Notes under the pieces: generated by a model
Seen by the model: the letters and a program-made list of their open reading frames with translations, nothing else
Database searches by the model: none
What the model was told of the DNA's origin: nothing
Assembly: GCF_964204645.1 (NCBI RefSeq)
Contig: NC_134029.1
Location: 17,664,950 to 17,728,949, forward strand
Reading direction: 5' to 3'
DNA from: Tubulanus polymorphus
Lineage: Eukaryota; Animalia; Nemertea
Length of the DNA: 64,000 bases
Made by a program: the position numbers and the translations under genes
Shown: positions 13,632 through 27,000 of the stretch, one piece after another
How positions within the stretch are numbered: position 1 is the first letter of the stretch
Layout: every line of letters begins with the position of its first letter

Positions 13632-15559
13632 TTTACTTGTAGTCTCAAGCCAAACAAACTATTGAATATAAATTAAACACGTATGAAAATTGAGTCATAC
13701 GAAAATACTTAGCCTCACAAGAACTAAAATAACATAAATGGGCCAATGTATTATAAATCAATAAATATCAGCTGGATATTAATGTATTTCTTCCATTTTA
13801 CTTTTAGCCTAAATAACGTCTCAGATTCCGCCATTTAGACTTCAAAATTATAATGTGCCCACTGTGATCTGGTTTGTTTATGAAATTCAATGATAAAGGT
13901 TGCAAGCAGACGGTTAATAGTATCAAACTTCGGACAGTTAACCCTTTCAGTGCCTCTACACTGCATTGCAGTGTATAAATGGGTGATGGACTTTGCTAGT
14001 ACACCGCACTGCGGTGTATTGATGTAATTTGTAAACCTTTTTATCTCTATGAAAGATGGCAGCACCTGTCAAACACAGTTAGATATAAGTAACTAACAAT
14101 ACACCGCGCCATGGTGTAGACGCATCACTTGTGATTGCCTTTTATTTGATGCACTGGGCTAGAAATCTTTCAAACATTTTCATATTATTTTCATATCACA
14201 GCACTTTAGGTAATGAATTAGTCAGTACCGAGTTTGTCAGGGATGTTTTGAGAGCTGGTTGGCAATATATCAGTGCTCTGCTAATAAGAGTTAGAGGTGC
14301 GGAGCTACAGTTCGCTGTAACTTGGCCTCTGGTCATTTCTTGTATACCAGAGCAACCTCTACACATTAAACCATCGTTGGTTTCTACTAAGCCCATCCAA
14401 TTATATAGGCCTATCTTGTTTTACCCTATCCAGATGCGTTGATTTCACTGGAAGATTCACTCTAGCAAAATAACCAATCTGATTGACGACATATATATCG
14501 CATCGCTCAAGTGTCTTGTTGCTAACGAACTACAGTGTTACAATGCCTAGTTTCAAAGTGAAAAAATGGTGTCATTTTTGCTATTTCTGTATTTATATCG
14601 CATCAAGCACGGAGTATGATGAAGGAACCTCCGAATGAACATAATAATAAGAAAACTGAATATGTGAGGTTTGTAATGATAGTTTATTTTTCACAATCGA
14701 TTTGGTGAAACTGGATTTCTGGTGGTTTAAAGTCACAGTGATTTAAGAGTATCGAGAAAGTCAAAATGTCGTCCGTGTCTTAGTGTCTGTGGTACATCAG
14801 ACACTAAGGTTCTTGGTGAAGATGGTTGTTGCATCATACTGTTACCGATTTCAACATATGATAGTCTAATCATCACATTATCAACAACACCAACAAGAAT
14901 AAGAAAGATTTAAGGGCAAAACCAAGGCCTGCTTAGCACGGATACATTGGGTTGAAATATAGGACAGGAGCGTCATTTAGCCTACTAAATAATGTGAATC
15001 GATGTGACGGTCAGCTGAATACCTTTTAGCTTTGGTTATTCAGTCAAATAAGCTTACCTTCGTAAAATTATTTTATTCACGCGTGCAAACGGTGCAAACC
15101 AGATGCCGGTAGATCCCCAAGCGAGTCCGTAATCCGATGATTAGTATATTCTGTACCGCCCAAGAAAGGGTTGTTCCGAGAAAATCCAGACCAACTAAAT
15201 TCGATTCAATTCAATTAGAGCTTCATTGTCCCCCACAGAAATCGATCCGCTATTTATTGTAAAAAAAAGTAAACATGAACATGAATCTATGAGATGTCAG
15301 GCCTGCCTCGGATTTCATTATTCTAGGACACTGGGATCAAAACGGGCTCATGGGTCCGGGCACAACCGATGGGTTGGGCAAGGCTTTTTACTGCCCACGA
15401 GCTGAATGAATGACTCGACGCCCCGGCACCCGACTTAAACTCCCGGACAAGAGTTTAGTCTTCTCCATTTTGGTCTTCTGACAATTAGTCCTCTTTAATA
15501 TGATATATAATTTCATTTTTCCATTTTGAATTATAATAATCGTACAAAGTGATTCAAAT

Positions 15560-16240
15560 ACAAAAATTCAAGATGGAGGGAAACATGATAAACCTGTATA
15601 AGGTTTATATGATGTTATGCCACCCTGGTACACCCAATCACACTCTCTTTCACACCACATTCACACCGAAAATATTTAAGTGCTAGGTGGCAGAGACTGG
15701 CAAAGTTATCGAAACATTAATTGAGGAGATACTGTTTGAGAGCACGTTTAAAAACTGGAGGGGATACTGATCCAATGATCTTCAGTGAGTAAGGCAAGAT
15801 ATTCCAAGTTAAAGGGACTGACACTTTTAATGAGAATTTCTTTCGATTGGTTCTGAATTGTTCTAATTTGAATGCATGACGGTTCGAGTATGCTGATGGT
15901 GAAAGTCAGAATTTAATGAGAAATAATCTGAAAACGAGTTAGGCAGTAGTGCATTCTTATATTTAAAAAAATATGAAAAAGCACAATTAAAATTTCGTCA
16001 TTGCTCGAAAAGTAAGGATAACTAAGTTTTTGAAGATGGGGCTGTATGATCTAAGAAAGCAACCTTTGATATAGGCCTAACCCTGATCGCACGCTTTTGA
16101 AGTAGGATTATTGGCCTGATTCTCGATTCGTAGTTATAGCTTTGAACAACCCAAGACAATTGGTCTTCCTGATATTACTAATTACCTGCTCATAGGATCT
16201 ATGGATTAAGATTTTTTATGGATGGTAGTACTAATAGTGT
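15560..16240 (-). mobile_element. Old L2/Crack-like LINE 3' remnant
   Basis: Degenerate minus-strand translation LLQKRAIRV..LPNSFSDYF..RTNRKKFSLKVSVPLTWNILP, typical of CR1/L2-group ORF2 C-termini. Confidence 0.55.
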
Positions 16241-16996
16241 AATTTGATTGAAAAAACGATAAATTAAATTCACTTCACTTTTAAACGTTTTTATTTAGTT
16301 GCATATCTACAAGAACGTATCCCAGTCAACATTTTTAGTCGGCCCGACGTCCAAATAAAGTCGGCAAGATGGTCGGCCCTTAGTCGGTGTCGCAGTCGTC
16401 CCGTCGTTGGGCGTGCTCGTCGGGAAGTAGTCGGCCCGACTTCAGTTTTCGTCACTTTGCTGTCCTAATGCCGACGTTTTGCCGACTGCCTGATATTATG
16501 TTTGCAGTTCGCCGAGTTAACATTTCTAGTCGTAGTCAGTTATATATAGGCCTAAAAGACATTTACATATTGCAGCAAAGAATATTCACAATACAAGAAA
16601 GACAATATTCAGCACAGTTATCATTATTCATTTGCTCACTGATTTCCAGGTTGCGTCCCAACACGACGTAAAAAGTCAAAAATACTTTCTCTAAATGTCG
16701 GAAGACTAAATGTACCAAATTCGGAAGACTAATTGTGAGAAGACTTATTGGATGGGAACTAAATGTACAAAGACTAGTCGAAAGACTAAATGTACCAAAT
16801 TCGAATGAGACGCTGACCACTACGGGCAAGTGCCGGATCCTGAATGTATTGCGAGGGACCGCCCTTTAAACTCTTTGATGGTAAGGCATTTCCGGCCTCT
16901 TTTTCCGAAGGGTGTCAAAAGACACTTCTTCGTCAAAACTATGTGTCTTTTGCCTTTGGATTGAGAGCGTTGGCCCTTATAACCTCGAGATACTCC

Positions 16997-17125
16997 AAAC
17001 CCAAACCCTAAGCCTCTAAATCCTAACCATCTAAACCCTAACCCTATAAACCCTAATCCTCTAAACCCGAACCCTATAAACACTAACCCCAGGCCTAAAC
17101 CCTAACCCTATAACCCTATAAACCT
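16997..17125. repeat. Degenerate telomere-like minisatellite (~15-bp unit AAACCCTAACCCTAT)
   Basis: About 8 imperfect units rich in CCCTAA. Confidence 0.75.
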
Positions 17126-18098
17126 CTGACACTTGCTATTCTATGCTATCGTAGGGTTTTGTAGGATAGCAAGAATAGCAAGAAAAGCATGCTATTCTTT
17201 GTTCTTTTAGGAGAGTAGAATAGCAAGAATAGCAATAAATACTGCGATTCAGTGCTCCTCTTGGCTATTCAGGATTATCGCGCACTATTATGAACTCCAG
17301 GCCTACTATACTAAGACGGATAAACTCTAGTGGCCCTATAATACGATAAAAAAGAATGCATACCCTAAGATTTGTCATCATTAATAAAAGTTTTGACAAT
17401 CTGGTCTTCAACTCTAGAATGAGGGGAGAAGAGTGTATCAAAAAAGTGATCTTTGTTTTATGAAATTTAATGATGAAGAAACTTCATCGTATATAGTCGA
17501 CCACGCACCACTGTGGTAAAGACAACTAAAATTTAGCTTCGGAGGTTAGGAAATAATATTTGGTTGGACGCTTCAGTAAGTTCACTCAGCTCTTGTCCGG
17601 CGGATCCGACAGAGCAAAGCCATCCTATTTTTCTTTTATTACAGAATGTTTGGATAAACGACAATGGTGGTTCATTTAGACTGCATAATTTCAGTTATGA
17701 CACATTTAAGGTACGACTGTAAAGAACGCCGACTTAGGGCCCGGCAGAGTGGCATCGCGGCCGGCCTCGCCGATCGTTGATAAGAACCAATGAATGGCGC
17801 GTATTTAAAGGATCTCTTGCGGTTTGGGCGAAATCTCATCATGAGGTTCAAATATTTTGTCAATTTTCGATGTAACGATTTCTAGATAAAGCCCTGTTTT
17901 TGGAAAGAGACCGTTTTCCGAATCTCTGATAATCTTCGATTTATCGGAGGCTTCCGTTTTTAGTTATTCCTGTTCCGTAATTTAGCAATCTTAAATTGCT
18001 TCCGGGTTCTCTGGGTATTCCCAGATCGATAGGTTAATAGTTAATAATAAGCCTAGCTTTACTGTCATTTTCACTTGTTGATTGATTCACTTCAATCA

Positions 18099-21000
18099 AT
18101 GACGATGGAAAAGTCAAACACGGATGATTTAACGACACTTACAAATCTTGATGATGATATACTGTTATCGGAGCTGAAAAAACGTTATGAGCAAAACAAA
18201 ATCTATGTATGAAATTAATATCGATGGCGATACTAATTAAACATGCTTAAACATAGTTACTAGTAGTTACCTAATCGTTGGTGGTAAGCTTTTTATAATC
18301 GGATGGGCTTATACCAACGTTAGGGATGACAAGGGCCAAAACACGGTTGAAAAAAGTAACACTTCAAAAATATACTTTAACTATTGACTTCAGTACACAA
18401 TTAATGGCTTAATCACAAACTAACGCACGACCTTTCGAAATAATCCAATTTTATCTATGTTTCCAGCGATTAATCAACATTATTTTGAGAAATTAATTAA
18501 TTTCTCCACAAATTTCGCCATTGGCCGCCATTTCTCTGTATTGCATACATGTGGCATGATAAACAAGGTGACCTACAAGGATTTATATAAGGCTTAGGCC
18601 TTCAACTTCAATTTTTATTTTTGATAGTTTTCCAACTTATATTTCAAATCTTCGTGGTTTCCATTAGAAATAATTAAAAAATAAATTCTGGTTGAAGAAA
18701 AATGTGAATAAGTGTGATTTCTTAATTTTTTTCAATTTCGTCAAGTTTCGTCTCGTTAGTTTGTGTTGTGGTCCTGGCCTTAGTCCACAGGTGCCAGCAT
18801 TCTCCACACGTTTTCAAAATGGCCGCCGTTGAATCGATGGAAATTTACTCTCAATTTACGGCCGATTTGCACATGGATTAAGGTCGTCAGGTGAGGTGTT
18901 ATAGGCCTAGGTATCGAACAAACTACCAATCTGTTGTGCGTTGATTACAACAAAATTAGACGGATATCTTAAGAGACAATGAAATGCCAGGCAAATTACT
19001 CGTGAGTCAAATTGACTCACGAAAATTTCATTGAAAATGACCTTCCCATTCCTGACTGTGGTTTGTGAAAATATCCGATCGTGAACCTAAACACAGACAG
19101 GTTACTGACTAGCTAAAAACAGAAGTAGGCCTGCTGATTCTCAGTTTATCGAAGTTAAGCCAAGCAAAACCCACGTTTATTGTCTAAGAATGTTTCCAGG
19201 TTTTAACTAAACCTTTCACTGAGAGCCTTAGTGTCAGTGGTTATATCGCCATCGCGACCCTTTGTGGTAGTTCCCACGAACTCTTAGTACAGGCAGTATA
19301 TGGATGGAGTGCCGCGAACCAGCCACACCCAGCACTGGGTGAAACTAAACCTCATCATCAGAAAAACAAAAATGAAAATGATAATGATCATTATTAACAT
19401 CATCACTGACATTTTCTTTTCTATGAAACTCAAAATGTTGAAATAGCTTATTATCAGAGTCTATATGTAGGCCTAATATACTTGTAGCTTAGATCAAATG
19501 GTTTTTAAATACAGTGGAACCTGCTTAATTCGGATTATTTTGGCCCAAAAAAACTCATCAAATTTATTGGAAATCTGGATTAAAAGTCATTTTCTTGTAT
19601 GTTAATGAACAAATAGGCTAGACTGCAAATATCTGGATTACCGGGTAGACCAAAATCCGAATTAAGCCTATCTGGATTAAGCAGGTTTGACTGTAGGAAG
19701 TAGATATTTGATGAAATCCGGTATCTGGAGCAACTGCAGTTAGCTGTCCCATTAGTACCCACACCTAGCTTAATGAGATTAACGTCACATGCGTCGCACA
19801 GTAGAAGGGAAAGTGACCCAAACTGCAGTTAGACCATTAGAATTTTCAGTGAAATCAGCGAGCCTTAAAATGGTCGAGGCTGCGCTAGGAATACGCTTGC
19901 CCGGGTTTGAATCTGTTCTGTCCACTTTATTTTCTGTAGATCTTTCCTTCACTCTTTCTTAAATTTTCTATGACGTCATGCACTTCATTGGGCATGCACC
20001 ATGTGAGTAGCTAATCACTGACCGTTTCTTGCTAAATATCTTCTTGAAAATGAAACTGGATCCGGCTGCATTGAATAAAGTCGATTCTCATCTCGGACAC
20101 TTTGAATATGGGCTTTGATCATAAATGCTTACCGATGGGCTTGGGATACAGATCCTGGGGTTGTTGATAATGTATCTTTTTTCTGAATGGTTGTTATGCA
20201 AGAAAACAGAGAAAGAATGTCTTGCTTCTAAACTTTTAAAAAGACAATGGCCGCTGGTTCCACATGACAATATCAGGAAAGCCGATATCCTGTATCATAT
20301 CCTATCGTGTAATCAATCTTTGAAAACATCACGAATATGATAGACTTATCAATTTACTTGGTGTTTTGTAAGATGTATCCTTCCAGGAGCCATCGCCTTC
20401 AGAAAACTTGGGTCAATCAGACACAAGATGGCCGCCCTGTAACCTTTTTTTTGTCCAAAAACATCATGTTTGACTTGAATTCCGGGGCTGATGCTTACTA
20501 ATAAGTGGCCCTTTTCATTGAAACAGGGACCCAGGCCCCCGATAAAAGCAAATGTCACACATATTGTCTGTCAAATGGCCGTCTATTAACTTCTGTTAGC
20601 TGCTTGTGCTTGATGGACAATTGACAGTCAATAAGACGCGCTGTGATGTCATAGGCATTTTACCTATTTACTGAAGCTTACAGATGGATAATTGCCATCT
20701 GATCATATTCTTTCCTTCAGACCTTTGTTGGTGATATTCTCGTTGCCATTAATCCATTCAAAGTGCTTCCTATTTATGATAAGAAGGTACGTAAAAACCA
20801 TGAAACCTTGAACGATGAATGATTTCAAGATCATAATTTATCTGGAACTCAATTCTATTCTGAAATATTTGTTTTCTTTCCATTCAGGTTTCACATTGTT
20901 TTAGTGGGGTGAAGAAAAGTGAAGCATCACCCCATATCTTTGCTATCGCCAGTTCAGCCTATCATGCCCTAATTGGACAGAATTCTCCACCACAAAATCA

Positions 21001-24000
21001 ATGCATTTTAATCAGGTACCTAAAAAATAAGTGTAGTTATTTTTTTTTACTTCAGTTCAGTTTATTCACGAACAATTTGTCAATCAAAGTTGTTCCAAAA
21101 AAACATCATTGATATGTAGAATGCACATTTCTTGTTCCAATGCCTAAGTACAGAGAAAACTCTCCAACAGTCGAGATGTAGTTTGCACACTGGGCATAGA
21201 TGCAAAGTTGTTTAACTGGCCTCTTGCACCATGCCAGATCACCAACCCTAAAGAACCCATAAAAGCTGATGTGATCGGGACATTGAATAATTCTAGTACA
21301 ATTGTCCAAGGGAACTGACCCCAGAACTTGACACTTTCGCCTAAACAATAGCAGTTTTATGATTAGGCCATCATCAACCTTTGCCGACCTCCTCAAGCTA
21401 ATCAGAATCCCATTGACCAGGGTAGTTTGGCAAGGGTCCAAAGAAAACCACTTAGGCGGTGTACATATCATATGGCCAACCTATAACTTGCAGGCCCATC
21501 CCGAATGTATAAAGTATGCCACATTAATATGTGAGATGATTCGACCGGTAAAATTGGTTTCTGTTTAAAATAATGCAAATGAAACTGCATATAAAGGGGC
21601 CTAGCACGATTATGCTTGTATTGATGTATTACTGAGAGATACCCTTGCCAGACTAGCAGCTAATGCAACTAGGCATTTAGCAGTAGGTGTGCTGGTATTG
21701 GTGTCAGGCAGGTGTCCAGCTGTTCGAACTTGTGGACCTGCAAAGAATGAGCGCAAGGCTGTATTTTTTTGCCCTGGTATGTGAAGCGCCCAGGACTGAA
21801 TATTCCACCAAAGGCACCTCAATACAAGAGGGCTAACCAATTCCTAGCAGCTTCCATTGCTAGGTGAAGGGAGTCCGACATGACCATACAAAGGAGCGCT
21901 GTTAAATCCTTGATTGAGGATTTATAGCCATGATATGTACTTGACGCACTGGTGATCTTGACAAGATGGTCAGGTGCAGGATGCAACATCGATATTATGT
22001 TATCTTATTTATCAATATTGTAAACAAATGGTTTCCTGACTTGACTGATTCATCTAAATAATCCTGTAGCTTCCGACAATCGCCACCAAGCTTCTGAACC
22101 ACTAACTTTTGCACTGCTTCATATTCACCTAAGGTATTGCTACATATCCACCTTAGGTATAACCAAACTCTTTATTGATCGATGGCTTTACTTTTCAACA
22201 AATTCATCATCCAAAGCATTTTATTAGCTGCTTCTTCATCTGTCTGTATAAGCTACATTCATGAAAGCTGTTCAGTAACTGCCAAACATCAACTTGTTAC
22301 CATCAAATACCGGTATGTATTCAAGTTTAGATACAGCAATGATTCAGAATCATCTTCTTCAAGCTTAATTTCATTCTTGGAATGAATGTCATTTTGTTTC
22401 ATCTTAAGTATCCAGAATGCCTTTACTATGTTTGTCATTGGGGTGAAGTTACTCTAACCGAACTAGTACTGAGTCAGCTTTACCATTTTATATTCTTGCA
22501 TAGCTCTGGGTCCTGGCATAAAACTGTAAAACTGGCCATTAGTCAGGGAAAACCAAAACCCAAACTAAGACAATGCTTCCATATTTGATCACCACATCTT
22601 CAGTGAGACTTACTATTTCAATATCAGTGTATAAATCATCTGACGAAAAGTTATAATTGATTGTTGGTTACAGTGGAGAAAGTGGAGCTGGTAAAACTGA
22701 AAGTACGAAATTTCTGATAAAACAGTTGATTGAGCTATGTCATGGAAACAATCAATTGGAACAACAAATTTTACAGGTAGGTGAAACCATGACAGCTATA
22801 ATATGGACCGGTATGTATGACTCATAACGTGCCAGTCATTCATAAAGGTCAGCTAAGTAGGCGACCGCTAGTCTCCAACTAACAGTTTTAGTAGCCAAAA
22901 GACCAAGTTGGAGCTGAAGATATGGGAGATGGACCATATATGAACCAGCTTCTTGGGGTGGTTGGCTGTGTATAGACTAGTTTATTGAACATGTAGCTAA
23001 AAACATGATTCTTTTACTTTACTGTATTTTTATTGGTAAACCGTGCCATGCATCTTGATTAAAATGCCTTTTTGAAAAATGAAAATATTTGGAGTTACCA
23101 CTTTTACAATGAGTAACATTTGTGGGCCTACAACTTGTAAAAATCTCTGCTCGTTCAGTAACCATGAGTGAAATCTATCAATAACATCATTGAGACTTAA
23201 GTTTTCACTTATCCAGAAATTATTTTTTTTTAATCCATGACTATCTTTTTTTATCTTATCAGGTGAATCCACTTCTTGAAGCATTTGGGAATGCTCAAAC
23301 TTTAATGAATAATAATTCAAGCCGGTTTGGAAAATTCATCCAGTTGAAATTTAAAGAAGGACAGGGTGAGCATGGTGACTGCATTTTGTGGCCCTCTTGG
23401 GGCTAAACCCCAGCAGGCTATTGGTCCGCTTTTCAACGTTGTCTGTCCGTCTACCTGTCTGTGAGCATGGTGACTGCATTTTGTGGCCCTCTTGGGGCTA
23501 AACCCCAGCAGGCTATTGGTCCGCTTTTCAACGTTGTCTGTCCGTCTACCTGTCTGTAGACATGATCTATCCATTTGTCTTTGACAGAATCCAGGTTTTT
23601 TCAGGTTTTGATATTTGTTCCTATGCGCATGACGACATGTTTTGTTTCATCATTGTTGCGATTGTCAGATTGTCACGCATCTCAGATAGGCATGGCGTCC
23701 CTGGACCCCTAGCTTAAAAGTGAGCCTGCTCTGAATTGTAGCCTATTCATGTTTGACTTTTTAATTAGTGATAGGAGCGAAAATCTCAGAATATCTCTTA
23801 GAGAAATCAAGAGTCATCCGTCAAAGCAGTGGCGAGAAAAACTTCCATGTATTTTATTATATGTTGGCTGGACTGTCTTCCCAACAGCTGCAAAAATTTA
23901 AACTAAGCCTGACTGGGAATTACAGGTAAATTGGTCACAAGTGTTATATTCATTCCAGCTAGTTATTTTCAGTGTAAATTTTGGCAATGCAGTCATTTCA

Positions 24001-27000
24001 GCTTCTATGGCTAAACAAATATTCAGCTTGTTTTGGAATAAAAATAGATACATAGCTCAAATGCCAATTTTGAAGAAATCAAAAACAACAACATTAGTGG
24101 TTTAGTGAATTTATTCTAGTCTTATTTGTTTATTGAGGCCCTGATTTATTTCGCTTTCAATTATGTTAAATTTTTAGTTACCTCAGTGATGGGATATCAA
24201 GTTTGCGAACAAAATTCGATCGGTTGAAAATGTATCATGAAGACCTCATAAATGCGATGGATTTGGTTGGTTTCACCGAAATTGTAAGTTCTTCCATCAG
24301 GATCTTGACAATGTTTCTCAGACAGATTGGAAATGAGGCAAATTGAAAAGTTTCTTCATTCTTTTTTAGGAACAAGAGTATGTGTTTACAATTTTAGCGA
24401 GCATTCTTGCATTGGGTCATGTCTGTTTCCAAACAGATGATAACAATGTTGTGTGTGCCATTGACCAAGTACCTATAAAGACTGTTGCCGTAAGTAAAAT
24501 CTGATCTGAATGTAGAAGAGGATTTCTAAACTAATGTCTATTTGAAGTAGTTTGGATGTTGAGTGCAATATCTCAGTCAGTTTTGGTAGTCGATACGTAC
24601 CTGCCTTAAAATGACCAGCTGGAACAAATGGGCAGCTGAACTTAGATTTTGATTTTTAGACACCTTTGAGTGAAGTACCAGTTCCGGTCCCTTTCACTTT
24701 TCATTCGTCCATCTATCCATCCATTCCCAGATGGAAATTGAGTTTCTTGAGTTTAACAAGCTACAAAACAAGCTACAAAGCAAATACTACTGGGGTTCTT
24801 TCCTGTTAATACCATGACATTCATCAAAATGTGATGTATCCCGATCTGACTTGAGTGGGAATGACCTTAAGTGTCCTGAACCTTAATCAGGTGCGTTGGA
24901 AGCAATTTTTGATTGCTGCGGCCAAATACCGATTTTGGACAGGTTCTAAATATTGCTGCAGCGAATTTACTGACTTTCTTTAAAAACTTGGTATTCAAAA
25001 AAAAAAAATCATCATTCAGTAAATTATTACTGCGGCTTTTGCCGCTGCAGTCGCTGCACTTCCAACGCCACTGTTAATTCCTTTGGGCAAACGTAGCTTA
25101 TGATTGGGAATAAGCAGGTTCTACTGTACCTGTGCAATTATGCCGATATTTATCTTTTTAAATCAGTCGTTTGTATTTTTGTAGGGTTTACTGGGAATCG
25201 ATGCAGACTCTCTTCATGATCATTTAACACATTCAGTTACTGTAACTCGAGGTGAACAAATCAGGCGGAATTATTCTATACATCAAGCAGAAGGTACGGT
25301 GGTACTCAATAAGAATATTGCAGCTGAATTGAATTTGATTTTCTAATCACTGTTAATTATTCCATACTCATTTCAACTGTCAACCTTCAATTATCCATCT
25401 CTTGAGATCCTTAGCCTTGGTTGCCTTTTTGGTGGATGATCAAGGGTGGTAGACAAGTTAATATCATTTTGATTAACAATGAATTAGATTTTTCTAACCA
25501 GAAATTCCAAGTTTTGGCAGGAAATCGAGGATTGATTTTGGGTTTTTTCAGATGCAAGAGATGCAATGTCTAAGTCTTTGTATGGGCGTCTGTTTGGTTG
25601 GATTGTGAACAAAATCAACCACCTTCTTGCACCTGTTGAACAACTTCCAGAATCAGCGAATGAGATAGGTACGTTTATTCGATTTTACTAAATTCTATCT
25701 CATTTCACTCTCAATTTTATGGTCTCCGTGCCTTCAGCAGCTTGAATCTTATGGAATGTTTTACCTTTTTATAATTAGATCCTGTAGTGATTTGCCTCAG
25801 TAGCTCAGTTAGATATGGCGTGATGCTGTTGCATCCACTATCAGTGCTGAGTAACAAATGGGTTCAAGTCCTGCTGGCTGCTTACATTGCGCGGGCAACA
25901 CCTCAAAGGCCGCCCCATTGTGAGGTTGAATGAATTATCCAATAGGGTTAGTCTTGGGAAACCAAGATCCAAGCGATGTAAAGCCCAAACAAACAAACTT
26001 TTAAAACATTTTTCTTTAGGCAATATTTTAATTGACTGTTTTATCTTTAAATATCAAAAATTGAATGATCATATATATGTTCTCATAACCCTGTATATTT
26101 GTATACAGGGCTGAAATGTATATGGAGCACGGCATATAAGAAATATATGTTATCGGTATTATTAAAGACTACTATTTATCTTATTTTCATTGAATAATTT
26201 GTGCTATAATAGGTCTACGTAATTATTTGCTTACATCATTAATATGTTTCATTGTAGGCATTTTGGACATATTTGGATTTGAGCACTTCAAAGATAACAG
26301 TTTTGAACAGGCTTGTATTAACCTGGCTAATGAACAACTTCAGTATTATTTCAATCAGCACGTATTCAAACTTGAACAAGAGGAATACATCCGAGAAGGG
26401 GTCGACTGGACTGAGATTAAATATGTTGACAACCAACCACTCTTAGTTAGTAGTAACGTATTCTATAGATGTATTGCACAATGATGCCCTTGAAAATTTC
26501 ATTAATTAACATGAGTTCTAGAATGTAATCTTTGCTAGAAATTGAAACAGTGATTAATGATTAAGATTAACAAATGGATGAAGTTTGTTCGCAAGATCAA
26601 AATAGCATATCTAAGGAGGAATCAATACAGACTGATAAAGAAATATTAATACCTGTTAGATGAAAGATATCCTATAAATTCATCAAATCTAATGTATATT
26701 GAATTACACATAATACATTACATTGAACTTACAAGCACATCGGAAGAGGATACATTATTTTTGAACCAAATTTCCCTCAAAATATTGATTATGACACGCT
26801 CTTTCCATTTCTGGATATAGTTTTTTTTTTCTTACACAAAACTTTGAACTACTTGTGAATGATGACACTTTTTAACGACACGCGCAACTTTTCTGTTTAT
26901 TATTTGCCATTAGTGGAAAAGCATCATGTTTTTGCTCAATCATGTAATTTTTACTTTCTGTGATTAGAATCTGTTTTTGAGCACGCCGATCGGAATTCTG

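Larger units (their letters stand above)
13632..18098. promoter_or_regulatory. Divergent intergenic region between LARS1 and the myosin
   Basis: The start codons face away from each other, 4.5 kb apart. YY1-like AAATGGCGG (minus strand) near 13828-13836; CpG-rich patch with CCAAT near 17725-17830. Transcription starts cannot be determined. Confidence 0.4.

Noticed and set aside
16997-17125. True telomere or chromosome-fusion site
   Set aside because: Short, degenerate, 15-bp periodic and in one orientation only.
13632-18098. Myosin-III kinase exons
   Set aside because: No kinase motifs found by eye, and there is an in-frame stop upstream of the myosin ATG.
21060-22600. Coding-looking minus-strand sequence in myosin intron 3
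   Set aside because: Many stops and frameshifts; parts resemble old LINE 3' ends, but too decayed to call.
25794-25885. Possible tRNA gene
   Set aside because: A and B boxes are present, but there is no acceptor or anticodon stem and a repeat tail follows; treated as a SINE.
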